64,000 nucleotides of DNA from the NCBI RefSeq assembly GCF_037042905.1, contig NC_087250.1, positions 22,878,001 through 22,942,000 of the forward strand, written 5' to 3'. The notes below the pieces were generated by a model. The model did not search any database. It had not been told where the DNA came from and worked only from the letters and a program-made list of their open reading frames with translations. Positions 24,745 through 36,942 of the stretch are shown here, one piece after another. Source of the DNA: Lytechinus pictus. Taxonomy: Eukaryota. Every line of letters starts with the position of its first letter. The stretch's first letter is position 1. The position numbers and the translations under genes were made by a program.

Positions 24745-26130
24745 CACGTACGTGAATCCCTCCAACTCAGTGTAAAAAGTGGGCGGAGCTAAATCGGATT
24801 TTTCGCGCCTAGCAACCCTGTTAGCAACGCCTGTTGCTCAATCGTTTTGCTCAATCGTTTTGCTCAATCTCCATAATGTCTGCGATATTAAAATCCTACA
24901 AACCAATGGAATCGTTAAAATTTAGTAAGGCTATGAATGTTTATCATTTACACTGACTATCGGTGTACAAACTCATACCAAATTTAAAGGTAAGTGTCGG
25001 TTATATTACGAATTATCAGACATTTTGATGAGTGATTATGTGAGATACTGATGACATTGGGCAAACTAAACACCATATTTCCCAAACCTTGATAATGTTG
25101 TATTAATTTTTAACTATACAGTCAATGTTACACATTCTTGACATCAGTTTGACTTTTTGTAATTAAGGAAAGAAATAATGATTACCGAAAAATGAAATAA
25201 TCTTTGTGTCAGGTATATTCCAAGCATTTTTAGATATCGGTAAACTATTATTAAATTTCATAGATTGAGTATCAAAATTAAACATTAAATTTTGCACAGT
25301 GGCCATCGCGAGGGGAAAAGGTACGTGGAATATACGGGGGAATATAACACCCGACTCCAGTATCGGACTGGATAATCTGAACGGACAGCCAGGGCGATCA
25401 GCCCTGTCTGCACACGCTAAAATTTATCATTCTGCGGCTCGGGTGCTAAGAATGAACTTGATTTTTTTCTTCATTACGAAACTCATCGTGAAAAATGTTA
25501 TCCAACATTGATTTTACACTCGTAAGATTTAATGTTATGTATCATTTACACAACATTATGGGATGATAACCCTTCTTCGGGAGAACAATGGTATAGTAGT
25601 TCGAATCTAACGATTTTCTTTTAGAAATATAACAAAAAATAACCTGATTTTTAAGGCCTGACATTTTCTTATAAATGATGGAGAAAATAGTCTACCAACG
25701 TTATCAGTTTGGGAAAATTCTAGTATATGTAATAAGATATTTTTTAAAACAATAAAAAATTATGAAGATAGTGAAAATAAGGATTTTGAAATGCTATATA
25801 AAATTTACGCTATATTTTCATAAATTTTGGCATATTGTATCACTCATCAAAATGACTGGTAATTCGCCTTCTTACCCACACTTTCTTGTAAATTCGATAT
25901 AGGTTGATACACCGATATTCAATGTAAATGATAAACATTCATAGCCTTATTAAATTTTAACGGTTCCATTAGTTTTTAGGATTTTAATATCGCAGACATT
26001 TTGGAGAGTGAGCAAGACAATGCTCGTAAGCGTCGCTAACAAGATTGCTAGGCGACCTACCGTGAGAGGGCTTTTATAATGGCGGGCTCCGCTGAGTGGA
26101 TACATAGCCTATAGGCGGTTCACGTACGTG
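24745..26130. mobile_element. Non-autonomous DNA transposon with CACGTACGTGAA termini and ~250-bp subterminal inverted repeats
   Basis: 12-bp TIR; 24805-25060 is the imperfect reverse complement of 25840-26055. Confidence 0.78.
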
Positions 26131-26460
26131 TAAACACTACTGAATACAGAATGTTCAACCTGTGAGAACCTTCGGTCCTCTGGTCACTTAAAAAAAAGTT
26201 TAGAAAAACCATTACCCTCGCCAGGAAGCCATAGTTGGATAACCCTTTCTTTTACAGGACCCTGAAGAAGTAATCGTCCTATCTCAGAATTACATTAATT
26301 TCCCTACCCAAAATAATGCCCCAAATATTGTATTTTCATGATAGGATTACACCCTCTCAAAATCACTACACCCAAGAATAATACCCGCATGGAATTCACT
26401 GCCTCCCAATGTAAAATCTTCACCTGCCAGTAAGACCTTATCAGCCACCTATATTTTCAT

Positions 26461-26910
26461 AAGCCAGTTCGTAGTTCCACTCTGCGCATGATCAGAAGAT
26501 TCTGCGCATGATCAGAGGAAGGTCATTTGTACTAAAGTGACATGGTGGTTTAAAATTTAATGAGATAAGCGCCAAATTCGATGTCTTGATTATTCATATA
26601 TTCTTTTGAATTGTGTTTTTCATTCACATCCACAAAAAAATGCATCCACGAATAACTGGTATATTTCACAGTTTGCCAAGTACATTGTAAAACATCCTCT
26701 AGTATACATTAAAACTAGAAATGCAACAAATAACTTCATAGAGTGTTCATTGATGTGCTATTCTAGTCACCTGGTCTATTCAATTTCTTCATCCCGCTAT
26801 GTAAGGCATGCATACGTAATATCTTGCTTTGAAATCTACCTATCTTAATGAAAGAAATGAAAGGTCATTTGACCAAAATTGTCCCAGAAGTAACTACGAA
26901 CTGGTCTATT
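26461..26910. mobile_element. TIR element (ccagttcgtagtt / aactacgaactgg)
   Basis: Terminal inverted repeat; an inverted relative lies at ~6132-6687. Confidence 0.65.
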
Positions 26911-28379
26911 GCAAATGCATGCATGCATGAACGCAATTCCATAAAATGATCAACCTTTTTGTACGTCCCACCTCCATTTTTCTCAAGTTTTACTTCACTT
27001 CATAAACTGACCAAGTCATGATCTTTTGGGATCACTGTGGACTGTCAAAAAAACAAGAAATAAGTGACAGAAAATTTCATGAAGGTCCCACATATAGGGG
27101 GTCAGACGTACATTGAAATTGCCCCAGAGTTAAAAAGTATATCCCATTTTCTCAGTGTTTTTATTTTGGGGAGTTTTATGCCCTTTTTACTGAATGTTCT
27201 AGCATGGCCATGGAAAACAAAACTTTTTACTTTTATTGTGGACGAGCATTGTGACCATCTTGGAGTTTTAATGCCATTACTATCACTCTTTGTAGAAGCC
27301 CCGTATTGAACAGTTATATGAAATCCAGCTTCAGAATGTATATTTTTCTTCAATTCGGACATATTTCTTTAAAAAAATAAATTAATATTCACCTTTTTTG
27401 GAGGGGGTGACATTATTATGACTACAAAATCATAATATCAGAGCGCTTTAGAATCAACCATTATTTGATGCGTCCATCAAATTATGCAACTTTTCAGGAA
27501 TCTTCTTGCATATACAAAATAATTGGTCTCTAAAGACTCCAAGAAAAAGGGAAACCAAACAGATTGCTCGCCTAATTGAATCTGTACATGAGAACAGGCA
27601 TGGAGAAGGGGGGGGGGGGTAGTATGGTAATCCGGCTCCCATCACCCCTTTACTCTGATATCAGAACTAAAATTTGGCAATTTCTATTCTTTCAATGTTT
27701 TTTATCAATGAACGGTAAGACTGCATATAGTAAAACAAAAATGAAAGTATATTTGTTTATATTGAACTGATTGGGCATTAAAAAAGAATAACAGATGTAA
27801 TTAACTTGGCTGAATGTAAGACTTGTTCAGTGTCACCAAACCAACATTCATTCTATATTGCATTGCAATGATGCAGACAGGACATGGCAAGGGGCGTTCC
27901 TCTTTATCATAACATAATTATTTTTCAAAGCTGTTTATTTTTCATATCTGATCATATCAGTTCATGCCATGGTAATTTTATTTTTCTGTGAGCATTACAA
28001 CTTTTGATCTTTCATATCCAATATCATAGCTAATACAAACATTGTAAAACAAAGATAAGTAATTCAAGAGGGTTGGTCATACATACATTATGGAATAGCT
28101 ATCTTGTTGATTTATTGCTATGATGAATTGAATCTAGACCAGGAGCCCAACTAAGATACCTGATGTAGGGGGGGGGGAGGTAGATCAATTACTTAAATCT
28201 CACATCACTTGTTTCTCTCTACTGAGTGACATATTGTATAGAGGTATATAACCTAAGAAAATCCTTACTCTTTCTTCACTTCTTTATTTCATCATCTTAA
28301 TTCCCATTCCTCCTTTCTTTTCCCGATTTTTTTCCCCTACCTTAAATCACAAGAATGAGAACACAAGAATATACAGATA

Positions 28380-28620
28380 GGAGTTGAATGAGATTTGCAA
28401 AACATTCCTTTAGAATGTCATCAGCAATATGCTGATTTGAAACAGCAATGACTTGGCCACCAAATGGAAGAAGGAACATTGGCTGTCCCGAGCACACTTG
28501 GTGACGGACTTTCTTCAAAGACTTAGAGTCGGCCCAATCTGATGGAGGTTAAATTTAGTGGTTGCAAATAAGTACCCAGGTAAGAAGCTTGCTGCCTTAT
28601 GCATTACACAGGAAGAACTA
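28380..28620 (+). mobile_element. RTE-clade LINE 3' remnant, co-duplicated in every array unit (also ~38090, ~45195, ~54920, ~61525)
   Basis: Encodes W.PNGRRNIGCP.HTW...F.KD, the W.P.G.R..GRP..TW motif at the end of RTE ORFs. Confidence 0.65.
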
Positions 28621-29385
28621 AGTGGTATGTAAGAATTTTACAAGGAGTATTTTTTGCGCCCGATACCCGGCCAGTCCCCCCCCCCCCTCTCTCAGTGGCG
28701 CCTTCCCCGGTCCAAAGTATCACTATTAATAAAAGTGTCAGTAGTTTAACTCTTCGCATGCTAAATTAATTTTTATAGATGTTATCCAAGAACTAAATTG
28801 CCTTTTTATTAGCTTATCTAATTTGAAGGCAGGAGAGAAAACTGATTATTACGATTATTGGATTTAATTGTACGAATGTGCAAAATTGTAACATCAGCGC
28901 GCAAAGGGTTAAATGATGTCTGGATATGAATACTATTTGCTCATCAGCACTATATCATAAAAAAACAACCATTAAAATTGCTCTGATCAGATGACAGCTA
29001 TAAAGTGCTGTTAAAATTTTCAGATATAGCCATATTCTGTTACTGACAAATTGTGCTCTGAATCTGACTTTGTAGTGCTTCATTTGAAGTCCAGATTGCT
29101 TTAAAACTCAGATTTCATATGACTGTGAACAGGTAATGTATCTTGTACATGTATAACTTCAAATAATCTTAAAGTAGACATTTGTAATTATAAGGGAATG
29201 GGGGAACTGATTATGAGACGCTGAAACCATGGACCTTTGAAGAGATGGACGTGCATCCATATTATGAATTCACCAACAGATGACTCTTATTGTCATCCGA
29301 ATAACATTCTCTTCATAGTAGTCTTCTTTGGTTCTATGATCGTCACCATGAGAAGGGCCAGAAGCAATACGTGATTTGACATTTA

Positions 29386-30246
29386 GGGGAAGGCGGGGTA
29401 AGTTGAGCATAGGGGCAAGTTGAGCCACCACCCCCAGGCTAATAATGAATGAGTCAGACATTGTGGTGGTGTCATGTATTGATGACCCATTACATAACCC
29501 TTAACCCCACCACATTGTTTTCAACTTTGAAACAAAAAGTACTTTTTTCGAGGGAAAAGTACAAATTTCAGCCAAAAAAGTAAAAAAGGGTGTGAAATAG
29601 ATAAGTGCTTTTTACCCACACACATCTTTAAATATATTATAGAAATAAGAACAATATTGTCAGTCCAGGTATGGATTCTCACTCTTGTCATAGTCTTTTA
29701 CATGATGGATGCATAAGAAATGTGTGGATGTAAAAATATCACAAAAAGTTCGGACGGGGCTAATTTAAGCCAACCAACATGGGGCAAGTTGAGCCAGGAT
29801 GGTAACTCTTATGGTAATATATAATAAAAAATTAAAAAACATAAAAAGCCATTGATATGCAGGCAGAAAGGAGAAAATTCACATGACAGTTCTTTTACTT
29901 TTAGAAGATGTTAGTATTTATAGAGAATTAGCAAGTGAAAAGACTTTAAATGAAAAATTGACATCCTGGTTCTCCTGCATACATTTTGCACATAGTTTTT
30001 GTGGCTCAACTTACCCCACATGGTGGCACAACTTACCCCACAGATGGGGCAAGTTGAGCCATTTGACATCAGTTTTTTCAAAGGTCACAACGATTTTCAG
30101 TGTGGGGATAGAAAGTTTTATATAAGTGAAAAATATTTCCCAAGAATCAAATTTAAAGGCAAGGTACTTATTTCTACAATATTACTAGTCATATCAATTC
30201 TAACATGCAAAATGTAAAAAGTGTCACAACTTACCCCGCCTTCCCC
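29386..30246. mobile_element. Non-autonomous DNA transposon, TA TSD, unit-1 specific
   Basis: Perfect 20-bp TIR GGGGAAGGCGGGGTAAGTTG; empty site gacattTAtattcaac at ~62255 and ~47550. Confidence 0.9.
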
Positions 30247-30648
30247 TATATTCAACAGACTGTTTGTGCAGCATGTAATAAATCCCTGAAATCATGGGAA
30301 ATTGATGTGCAGTTCTTGTTTCCCTTTGGTATTCTTAGTTCTGTGTGTTTATTTGGGAGAAAAGTCAGAATATTTTGATATTGAGGCAATTTTGTGATAG
30401 ATTTGTTTACCATTTGAATTTGAAATTCCATTTTCCCAAGTTTCTCCATAACATTCCAGATATATGTGGCACAATAAGGCATAAATTGTGTAACTTTCAA
30501 AGTTATTAAGGCCCTTACAGCAGAAGTGAGCGGATCGAATGATATCATATTTCTATATCACAAAAATCACTGCTCCAAATATGAAGCATGTTAATTGAAA
30601 GGCATATGGTGAAACATGCATCAGTCAACAAAAATCAAGACCATGCAG

Positions 30649-30777
30649 GGTCCCATAACACAAAGGTTAGCGATTAACGATACGCTTGATTTTCATGATC
30701 GACTGTACATTGTAATCGATGTATTCTATCATAGAAAACTGTTCTACGATCATTGCTAAGCTTTGTGCTACGGGCTC
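30649..30777. mobile_element. Small Harbinger-like MITE, unit-1 specific
   Basis: cag|GGTCCCATAACACAAAG...CTTTGTGCTACGGGCTC|cag; absent from paralogous units (aagaccagggaaa). Confidence 0.7.
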
Positions 30778-31163
30778 CAGGAAAGTGTTCCTTCTTATAA
30801 AAGTGATCAGATACGCCGTGGTAGTCATGGTAATTGCTATTATTATAACACCTGTACATTCTCATTAAGATGCACAAAACCAGGTGACTATCATTGGATC
30901 AAAGAAATACTCGTGTTCATCGTCCATCTCTTAGGTCCATGCTGACACCCAAGGTACATTAGCTAAAGAAGATCTATTTTTCATTATCGGGTTAAGCTTT
31001 TGCATTAATGTTGACATATGAGAAGGTCCATGGGTCAGGTTTTTTCCACCATATAGCTGATTTTGATTCCATTTATTTCTGAAGCTTCTTCCTGCTTCTT
31101 ATCCATCTCACATATACAGGTTACCTCATCATCCTTAGCTAAATAACCAACATACATTACATC

Positions 31164-32828
31164 ATGGCGGCAAGATTTCCTGAAGGAAACCAAGTTCAGC
31201 TCCGACCTCGAAAAGGTCATGACATGAAATGGTCATGTGACAAGCATGGTGAGCCAATCGCATTTTACTGTAAGAAACACGGATTACCCGTATGTGATCG
31301 ATGCGCTATCAAAGAACATTGCCAAAAACCATGTGAGCTAGACGATATCGAGGATGTCATCTTTGAGAGGAGAAAAAAACTGGATGAGAAACGGCCAAAA
31401 ATACAGGAACTTCAGAAACAAATGAAAGCCCTAGATTTGAAAATAAAGACAGCTTTAACTTTTGGGGATACTTATCTACAGACCATAAACAACAACATTC
31501 AAGCATCGTATCACAACAAGATCAAATCTGTTGAGGAAAAGGAGGACAGAATTATTAGGGTGATTAACGAGGAGGCAGATGAGGAAATAAGACTGGTAAA
31601 TGAGAAGAGAGAAAAACGGATCAAGGATTGCAACATTGCGAAAGAAAAGGAGCAAAAACTCATCAAAGATAAAGAAACAAAACTTCTATCAGATGCAAAA
31701 ACAATCAGCGAAATTGTTTCTAAGAAGATCAAAGAGTTAACTAATAAGAGTCAGCATGTCATAAACACTATCAAGAATATTGAATCAACCATCACACGTA
31801 TAAACCAACATGATGAAACATTGGTGAATGAAGCTCCTCAAGTACTTGCATCTATCGATGAAAATTTAAGTTTGAATGTTCATCAAGATGTGAGCGACGG
31901 TCTTGACCGAATAGAGAATGCAATCCAGAGAGTGACATTTGTAGAGGGGGAAGTAGGTGGAAAATACTACTGTAGAATTGATGGGTATATCGGTAAATGG
32001 GAACTTATCAAGTCAATCCGCATTCCATCGGTTATTCATAAGCCATATGCGCATGATCTGGTCAGTGAGGATGAGATATATGTGCTAGAAATAGATGACT
32101 ATGACATGTACACTAACAATTATGTTACAAACATTAACACTCAGCACACAGAGAAAGTCATTGATGAAGGTGAGTGGATTACATCATGTGCGTCCATAGA
32201 CAGTAACGTAATAGTACGTGGTAAGTGGATAAATAGTCGCACTGATATGTTGGATGGATGTATCACTCTCTATGACAGACAATCGAAGATGATTAGACAC
32301 ATCAGCATACCAAGGAATGAAGTTGGTGTTCCTTGTGTTCTTGTTGATGTTGACAGGGATGGGATGATCCTCGCTGCTCAGAACTATCAGTCTAATATCT
32401 ACGTCATCAATCCTGCTAATGATAAGATAGTAAACACTATTACAATGCAGGGTAAGGTGGTGATGGGTGAGATACAAGCCTTGTCATCAGGTGATATCGT
32501 TGTGAGAACAGGTAATGATGAATACACTGTCATCTCACGATCAGGAGAAGAGAAGGCTGTCATACACTGTGATGAGTGGGACTCAACACAGTGTCGCGTT
32601 GAAAAACTGACAGACACACTCTACATCACGTACTGGGATGGAGCGCGCAATACATACACAGTTGATCAGGTGTCACCTGATTGTATCATCCAGGCAAGGA
32701 GGATCGTGGAATACAAGGAATCAGATCGCTCTGACTGGGTTAGCCCTTGTCTTGTTACTACTTCTGGTAACCTCATAGTATGTGATGGATACAAACTTCA
32801 TCTTTACAAGAAGACATTCGTCATGTAA
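31164..32828 (+). CDS. RING-less TRIM-like protein copy 1 (B-box2, coiled coil, NHL-like beta-propeller), 554 aa, single coding exon
   Basis: B-box CDKH-x7-CKKH-x4-CDRC-x4-H. About 200 aa of K/E-rich helical region follows. The C-terminal ~275 aa are beta-strand repeats (VDVDRDGMI, IQALSSGDIVV, CLVT.SGNL). A splice acceptor lies 44 nt upstream of the ATG, with an in-frame TAA in between. Confidence 0.88.
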   Translation: MAARFPEGNQVQLRPRKGHDMKWSCDKHGEPIAFYCKKHGLPVCDRCAIKEHCQKPCELDDIEDVIFERRKKLDEKRPKIQELQKQMKALDLKIKTALTFGDTYLQTINNNIQASYHNKIKSVEEKEDRIIRVINEEADEEIRLVNEKREKRIKDCNIAKEKEQKLIKDKETKLLSDAKTISEIVSKKIKELTNKSQHVINTIKNIESTITRINQHDETLVNEAPQVLASIDENLSLNVHQDVSDGLDRIENAIQRVTFVEGEVGGKYYCRIDGYIGKWELIKSIRIPSVIHKPYAHDLVSEDEIYVLEIDDYDMYTNNYVTNINTQHTEKVIDEGEWITSCASIDSNVIVRGKWINSRTDMLDGCITLYDRQSKMIRHISIPRNEVGVPCVLVDVDRDGMILAAQNYQSNIYVINPANDKIVNTITMQGKVVMGEIQALSSGDIVVRTGNDEYTVISRSGEEKAVIHCDEWDSTQCRVEKLTDTLYITYWDGARNTYTVDQVSPDCIIQARRIVEYKESDRSDWVSPCLVTTSGNLIVCDGYKLHLYKKTFVM

Positions 32829-33130
32829 ATCATCAAGAATATAAACATAGTCTGCAGGCACAGACCCTGATTGAAACTTTGATCAACAAGTGTGTCTCCA
32901 CACAAAGACTAGCACATACAAAACTTCACTTCTGAATGAGAGGCCCTTCAGTATACAAGGTATAACCCTGCACATTCAGAACGTTAACTCGAGTGAAGGG
33001 TTTGCACAGCAATCTAAATGAGTGATAATGTTTTTTTAAGAACATTTCAGAGCAATGTTTTGCTACATTTCCATTTGTGTTCAACTTCAATCTGCCACCC
33101 CTTATACCCATTGGGGCAGTTTCATAATTT

Positions 33131-33515
33131 GTTATAGTAACAATCAATAGTTAAAAGCTACTGAAATAATTTGATTTGATTGGATCATAGTAACCTTTGG
33201 ATAGAAATTTTTATTTTAACAAGTCTTTATGTAACATGACTCGTTATAGTAACAATCAATAGTTAAAAGCTACTGAAATAATTCAATTTGATTGGATCAT
33301 AGTAACCTTTGGATAGGAATTGTTATTATGACAAGTCTTTATGAAACATAACTCATTATAGTAACAACAAATAGCTAAAAAATACTGAAATAATTCAATT
33401 TGATTGGATCATAGTAACCTTTGGATAGAAATCATTATAACGAGTCCTTATAAAACAATATAGTAACAATTAATAGTTAAAAGCTACTGAAATAAATTTG
33501 ATTGGATTGGATCAT
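33131..33515. repeat. ~110-bp tandem repeat 3' of TRIM-like copy 1 (also 41355-41570, 51135-51675, 58215-58435)
   Basis: gttatagtaacaatcaatagttaaaagctactgaaataattcaatttgattggatcatagtaacc units; about 4, 2, 5 and 2 copies in units 1-4. Confidence 0.85.
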
Positions 33516-33519
33516 AAAA

Positions 33520-34265
33520 ACCTGATTCTCCCGAGGGGGGGGGGGGCTCAACAATTTCTGCTGCGCTATATCGGCTGCGCAAAATTTTTTGACCTCGCCG
33601 CTCAATGACTTTTTACTTTCAAGTCTCATGCAAATTTTGAGACCAAATTTGTGATACGCAATACGCAGTTACGACATTACGCAACATTTATATGTAAGTG
33701 CATGTCAGACCCAAAATTGCTCAAAAATGTGATTTCATGTACAAATCCAATGCAAATTGTGTATTTAGCCAAAATTCATAAATGTGTCATTATTTCTACT
33801 TTTACTGATTAAACTTAATTAATTTTGCCTTTTTTATGATCAGAATTAAGTCTGGAACGATTTCCATCGAAAAAACAATAACAAACAAAAAGTAAAAAAA
33901 CAAAGAAATACATAAGAAATTTAAAAAAAACAATAAAATACACAAGAAATCAGTCTTGGTACCATAATTTTTTTCATTCACAATTGTTAGGAATGCTATA
34001 AAGAATATTTTCACCAAAAAATAGCATTCTATGAGCTTTATTTAGTGAATCAGAGCAATAAGTATGATTTCATGAATAAATTAGCATAATTAATTCATAT
34101 AAAATAAAAATATATGAATTCAGTGAAATTTGCCAATGCAACTGCGTAGATTACATCATTCTCTACCATCATGCAAATTTTCGTTGCAATCGCGCAATCC
34201 GCGGCCGAGATCTCAAGGGGGGGGGGCATAATGACAAGAATCAAAATACCCCAGGAGATTTAGGG
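33520..34265. mobile_element. piggyBac-like non-autonomous element, unit-1 specific
   Basis: Right end CCCAGGAGATTTAGGG|TTAA, degenerate left end cctgattctcccgagg; absent from other units. Confidence 0.6.
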
Positions 34266-34779
34266 TTAAAAGAAATTGTTATTATAACAAGTTTGTATGT
34301 AACAGAACCATGGAGACATTCATGTTTGATACAATGGTCATGCCTATGTGTTATTAAATTCAATGATTGTAATGTTGTATTTGAAAGATTATTATTTGTA
34401 AGTTAACAGTCAAATGCTCTTGTGGTCATATTATGCTGTTAATAGTCACAGTCATTCTTTATTATAAAATGACATCAGTTGAAATTTGAATCTTCTTTCT
34501 TTCAAGTCCCCTCTCCATGTTTTAACAATAAAATCATTCATATTTTGACCAATCAAACTTTGACAGAATATGATTTTAAGAAATCATTACGCATTTGACG
34601 GTTAAAGAGTTCAAATTTTCATTTTAACCAAATTTAACTGATATTATCATACCACATCCTTCCAACAGTTTATAATGCCCTAACCAAACAGATAACTCAT
34701 TTTAAGAATTCAAAATTCATACTATTAAATTGAAATACATTTAGCTTCATTTTGTATATAAATCTGTCAACAGGTTCGT

Positions 34780-34812
<33 letters not shown>

Positions 34813-35964
34813 CATCTAAATATTTTTTTGCAAGCATACATGTCATTGCTTACCTTAAAATAATGTTTCAATAATTCATGCTGTTTATTTTCCCCAGTTT
34901 TTTGTTTCATCATATCTTTCACCTCTGTAAGGTAAGACGCTTTCCAAGATTATTTTTATAAAACCAGTTTATATATAGGAAATCCTATGTAAAAAGTGCA
35001 CATTTCTTATATGATATAAAGTGTAGTATTATAGTATACATTATGATATTAGATCAACTATTTGGATTAATACATGTACCATAGAAGTTTAGTAGAAAGT
35101 AGAATTCAAGTCTTACAAATGATGGTATATTCTCTTGTAAAATGTTTTCATTAAATTTAGTATGGGAATTGTAGCACTTGATGTAACTGAAAGAATTGTA
35201 ACATATGAATTAGAGGCTTTTTAGAGCAAACATTTTTGTTTGTAAATCAAGAGGAAAGAAATAGATATCTTCATGTTGGAATAAAATGAAAAAATGGTGA
35301 TTATCTCATTTGGGTTAGTTAATACATGTATGTACGATAGAAGTTTAGTAGAAAGTAGAATTCAAGTCTTACAAATGATGTTATATTCTCTTGTAATATG
35401 TTTTCATTAAATTTAGTATGGGAATTGTAGCATTTGGTGTAACATAGTAAATTGATATGGTTCTTTACACCTTCAGAAGCATGGAAAGAATTTTAAGCTA
35501 TGAATCAGAGCAAATATTTTTGTTTGTAAATCAAGAGGAAAGAAATAGATATCTTTATGCTGGATTAAAACGAAAAAATGGTGATAGCCAAGAAAGACGA
35601 GACTGATTCAATAATGGATTTATAAGACGAGAAAAATAGATGTCATTCAACTACCAGTTGTATGCACATTATGTATCAACATCAATCAATCATTTTGAAT
35701 AAATGTTGTAAATGATCAAAGTCGTTCATTATGGTTGCATGTGAAATTTGTAGGAATTTCAATCAAAAGATCATTATGGTAATAGGGAGAGACAGTTTTT
35801 AATTTCTCTACAAGGAATATTAATCTGATGTATAATCAAGTAATTTTGTCAGCCTAAATGCTATTCAAATGAGAAACCTAAACATATAAAATATATAATT
35901 GTTTCATCTGCAGTTCTTTTGTTGACTCTACAATCTATGAAGGGCTGGTTAAAAATGACAGAAT

Positions 35965-36670
35965 GATGCTGAGAGATAGAAGAGAAGATGAAGAGAGAGG
36001 GAGAGAGAAAGAAAGAGGGAAAAAGAGTGAGAAAGAGTTAGTGATAAATGGATAGAGAAAGACAGGAGGAAGAAAGAGAGCACTTGGGAGAATAAGGATG
36101 ATGAGTGTCTCCACACAAAGACTAGCACATACAAAACTTGCTGTTTCAATTCCAGAGCGAGAGGGCCTTCAGTACACAATGCATGAGAAGGCTGCATACA
36201 CAAAGAGAGAGAGAGAGAGTTTGTGATAAATGGATAGAGAAAGACAGGAGGAAGAAAGAGAGTGGGAGAATAAGGATAATGTTGAGACGAAAAAAGACAA
36301 GATGAAGAGAACAAGAAAGACGGGAAAAGAGATAGAGAAAGGTAGTGATAAATGGATAGAGAAAGACAGGAGGAAGAAAGGAAGAAAGAGAGTGGGAGAA
36401 TAAGGATAATGTTGAGACAAAAAAAGACAGGATGAAGAGAAAAAGAAAGACGGAAAAAGAGATAGAGAAAGGTAGTGATAAAATGGATGGAGAAAGACAG
36501 GAGGAAGAAAGAGTGGGAGAATAAGGATGATGTTGAGAGACAAAAAAAAATAAGATGAAGAGAGAAATGGAGATGGAAAGATAAAGAGTAAAACACGAGA
36601 AGCAAGTGGCATTAAGATATAGAAAAAGCATAAAGATAAGGGGATAAAGAAGTTAGAAAGAAGAGAAGAA
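35965..36670. repeat. GA-rich polypurine tract at unit end (also ~43550-44598, ~53470-53809, ~59795-60366)
   Basis: Degenerate tandem of gataaatggatagagaaagacaggaggaagaaagagagtgggagaataaggat plus (GA)n. Confidence 0.88.
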
Positions 36671-36942
36671 ATTGAACTGATTGTGCACTTAAAATTAATA
36701 TCAACACCTAATTCACTTGACTGAATGTTTCTTTACTTTCCAGCCAACTAAAGCCAACATTGCTTCTATATGTCAGGGGTGTGAGAGTTCAGATTATTAG
36801 CTGATTTCAGAGTTTTTTGTTTTGATTTTCAGCTTAATTTCAGCTTATTTATTGCTCTTCTCTGTGCAAAAGGTATGGGGGCTCTTTCAATTTCAGACTT
36901 TTTCAATACTCAGCTTTTTTCAGATCTTTTTATCTGTGTCCA

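Noticed and set aside
24745-24780. RSS-like heptamer/nonamer (RAG-type transposon end)
   Set aside because: Only CAC matches the heptamer. The A-rich stretch is at 20-bp spacing and has no counterpart at the other end.
26200-26260. Possible missing ABCB8 exon (minus-strand YPT...|gtaat)
   Set aside because: It reads YPTMASWR, lacks the F.YP.RP context and has an incompatible phase.
27761-31163. Upstream RING-finger exon completing a canonical TRIM
   Set aside because: No Cys/His RING pattern was found in the spacers, and there are in-frame stops between acceptor and ATG in three copies.
35949-36631. Long F/L/S-rich minus-strand ORFs (also 44186-44761, 53332-53751, 59956-60529)
   Set aside because: These are translations of the GA/CT low-complexity tracts, open in several frames at once.
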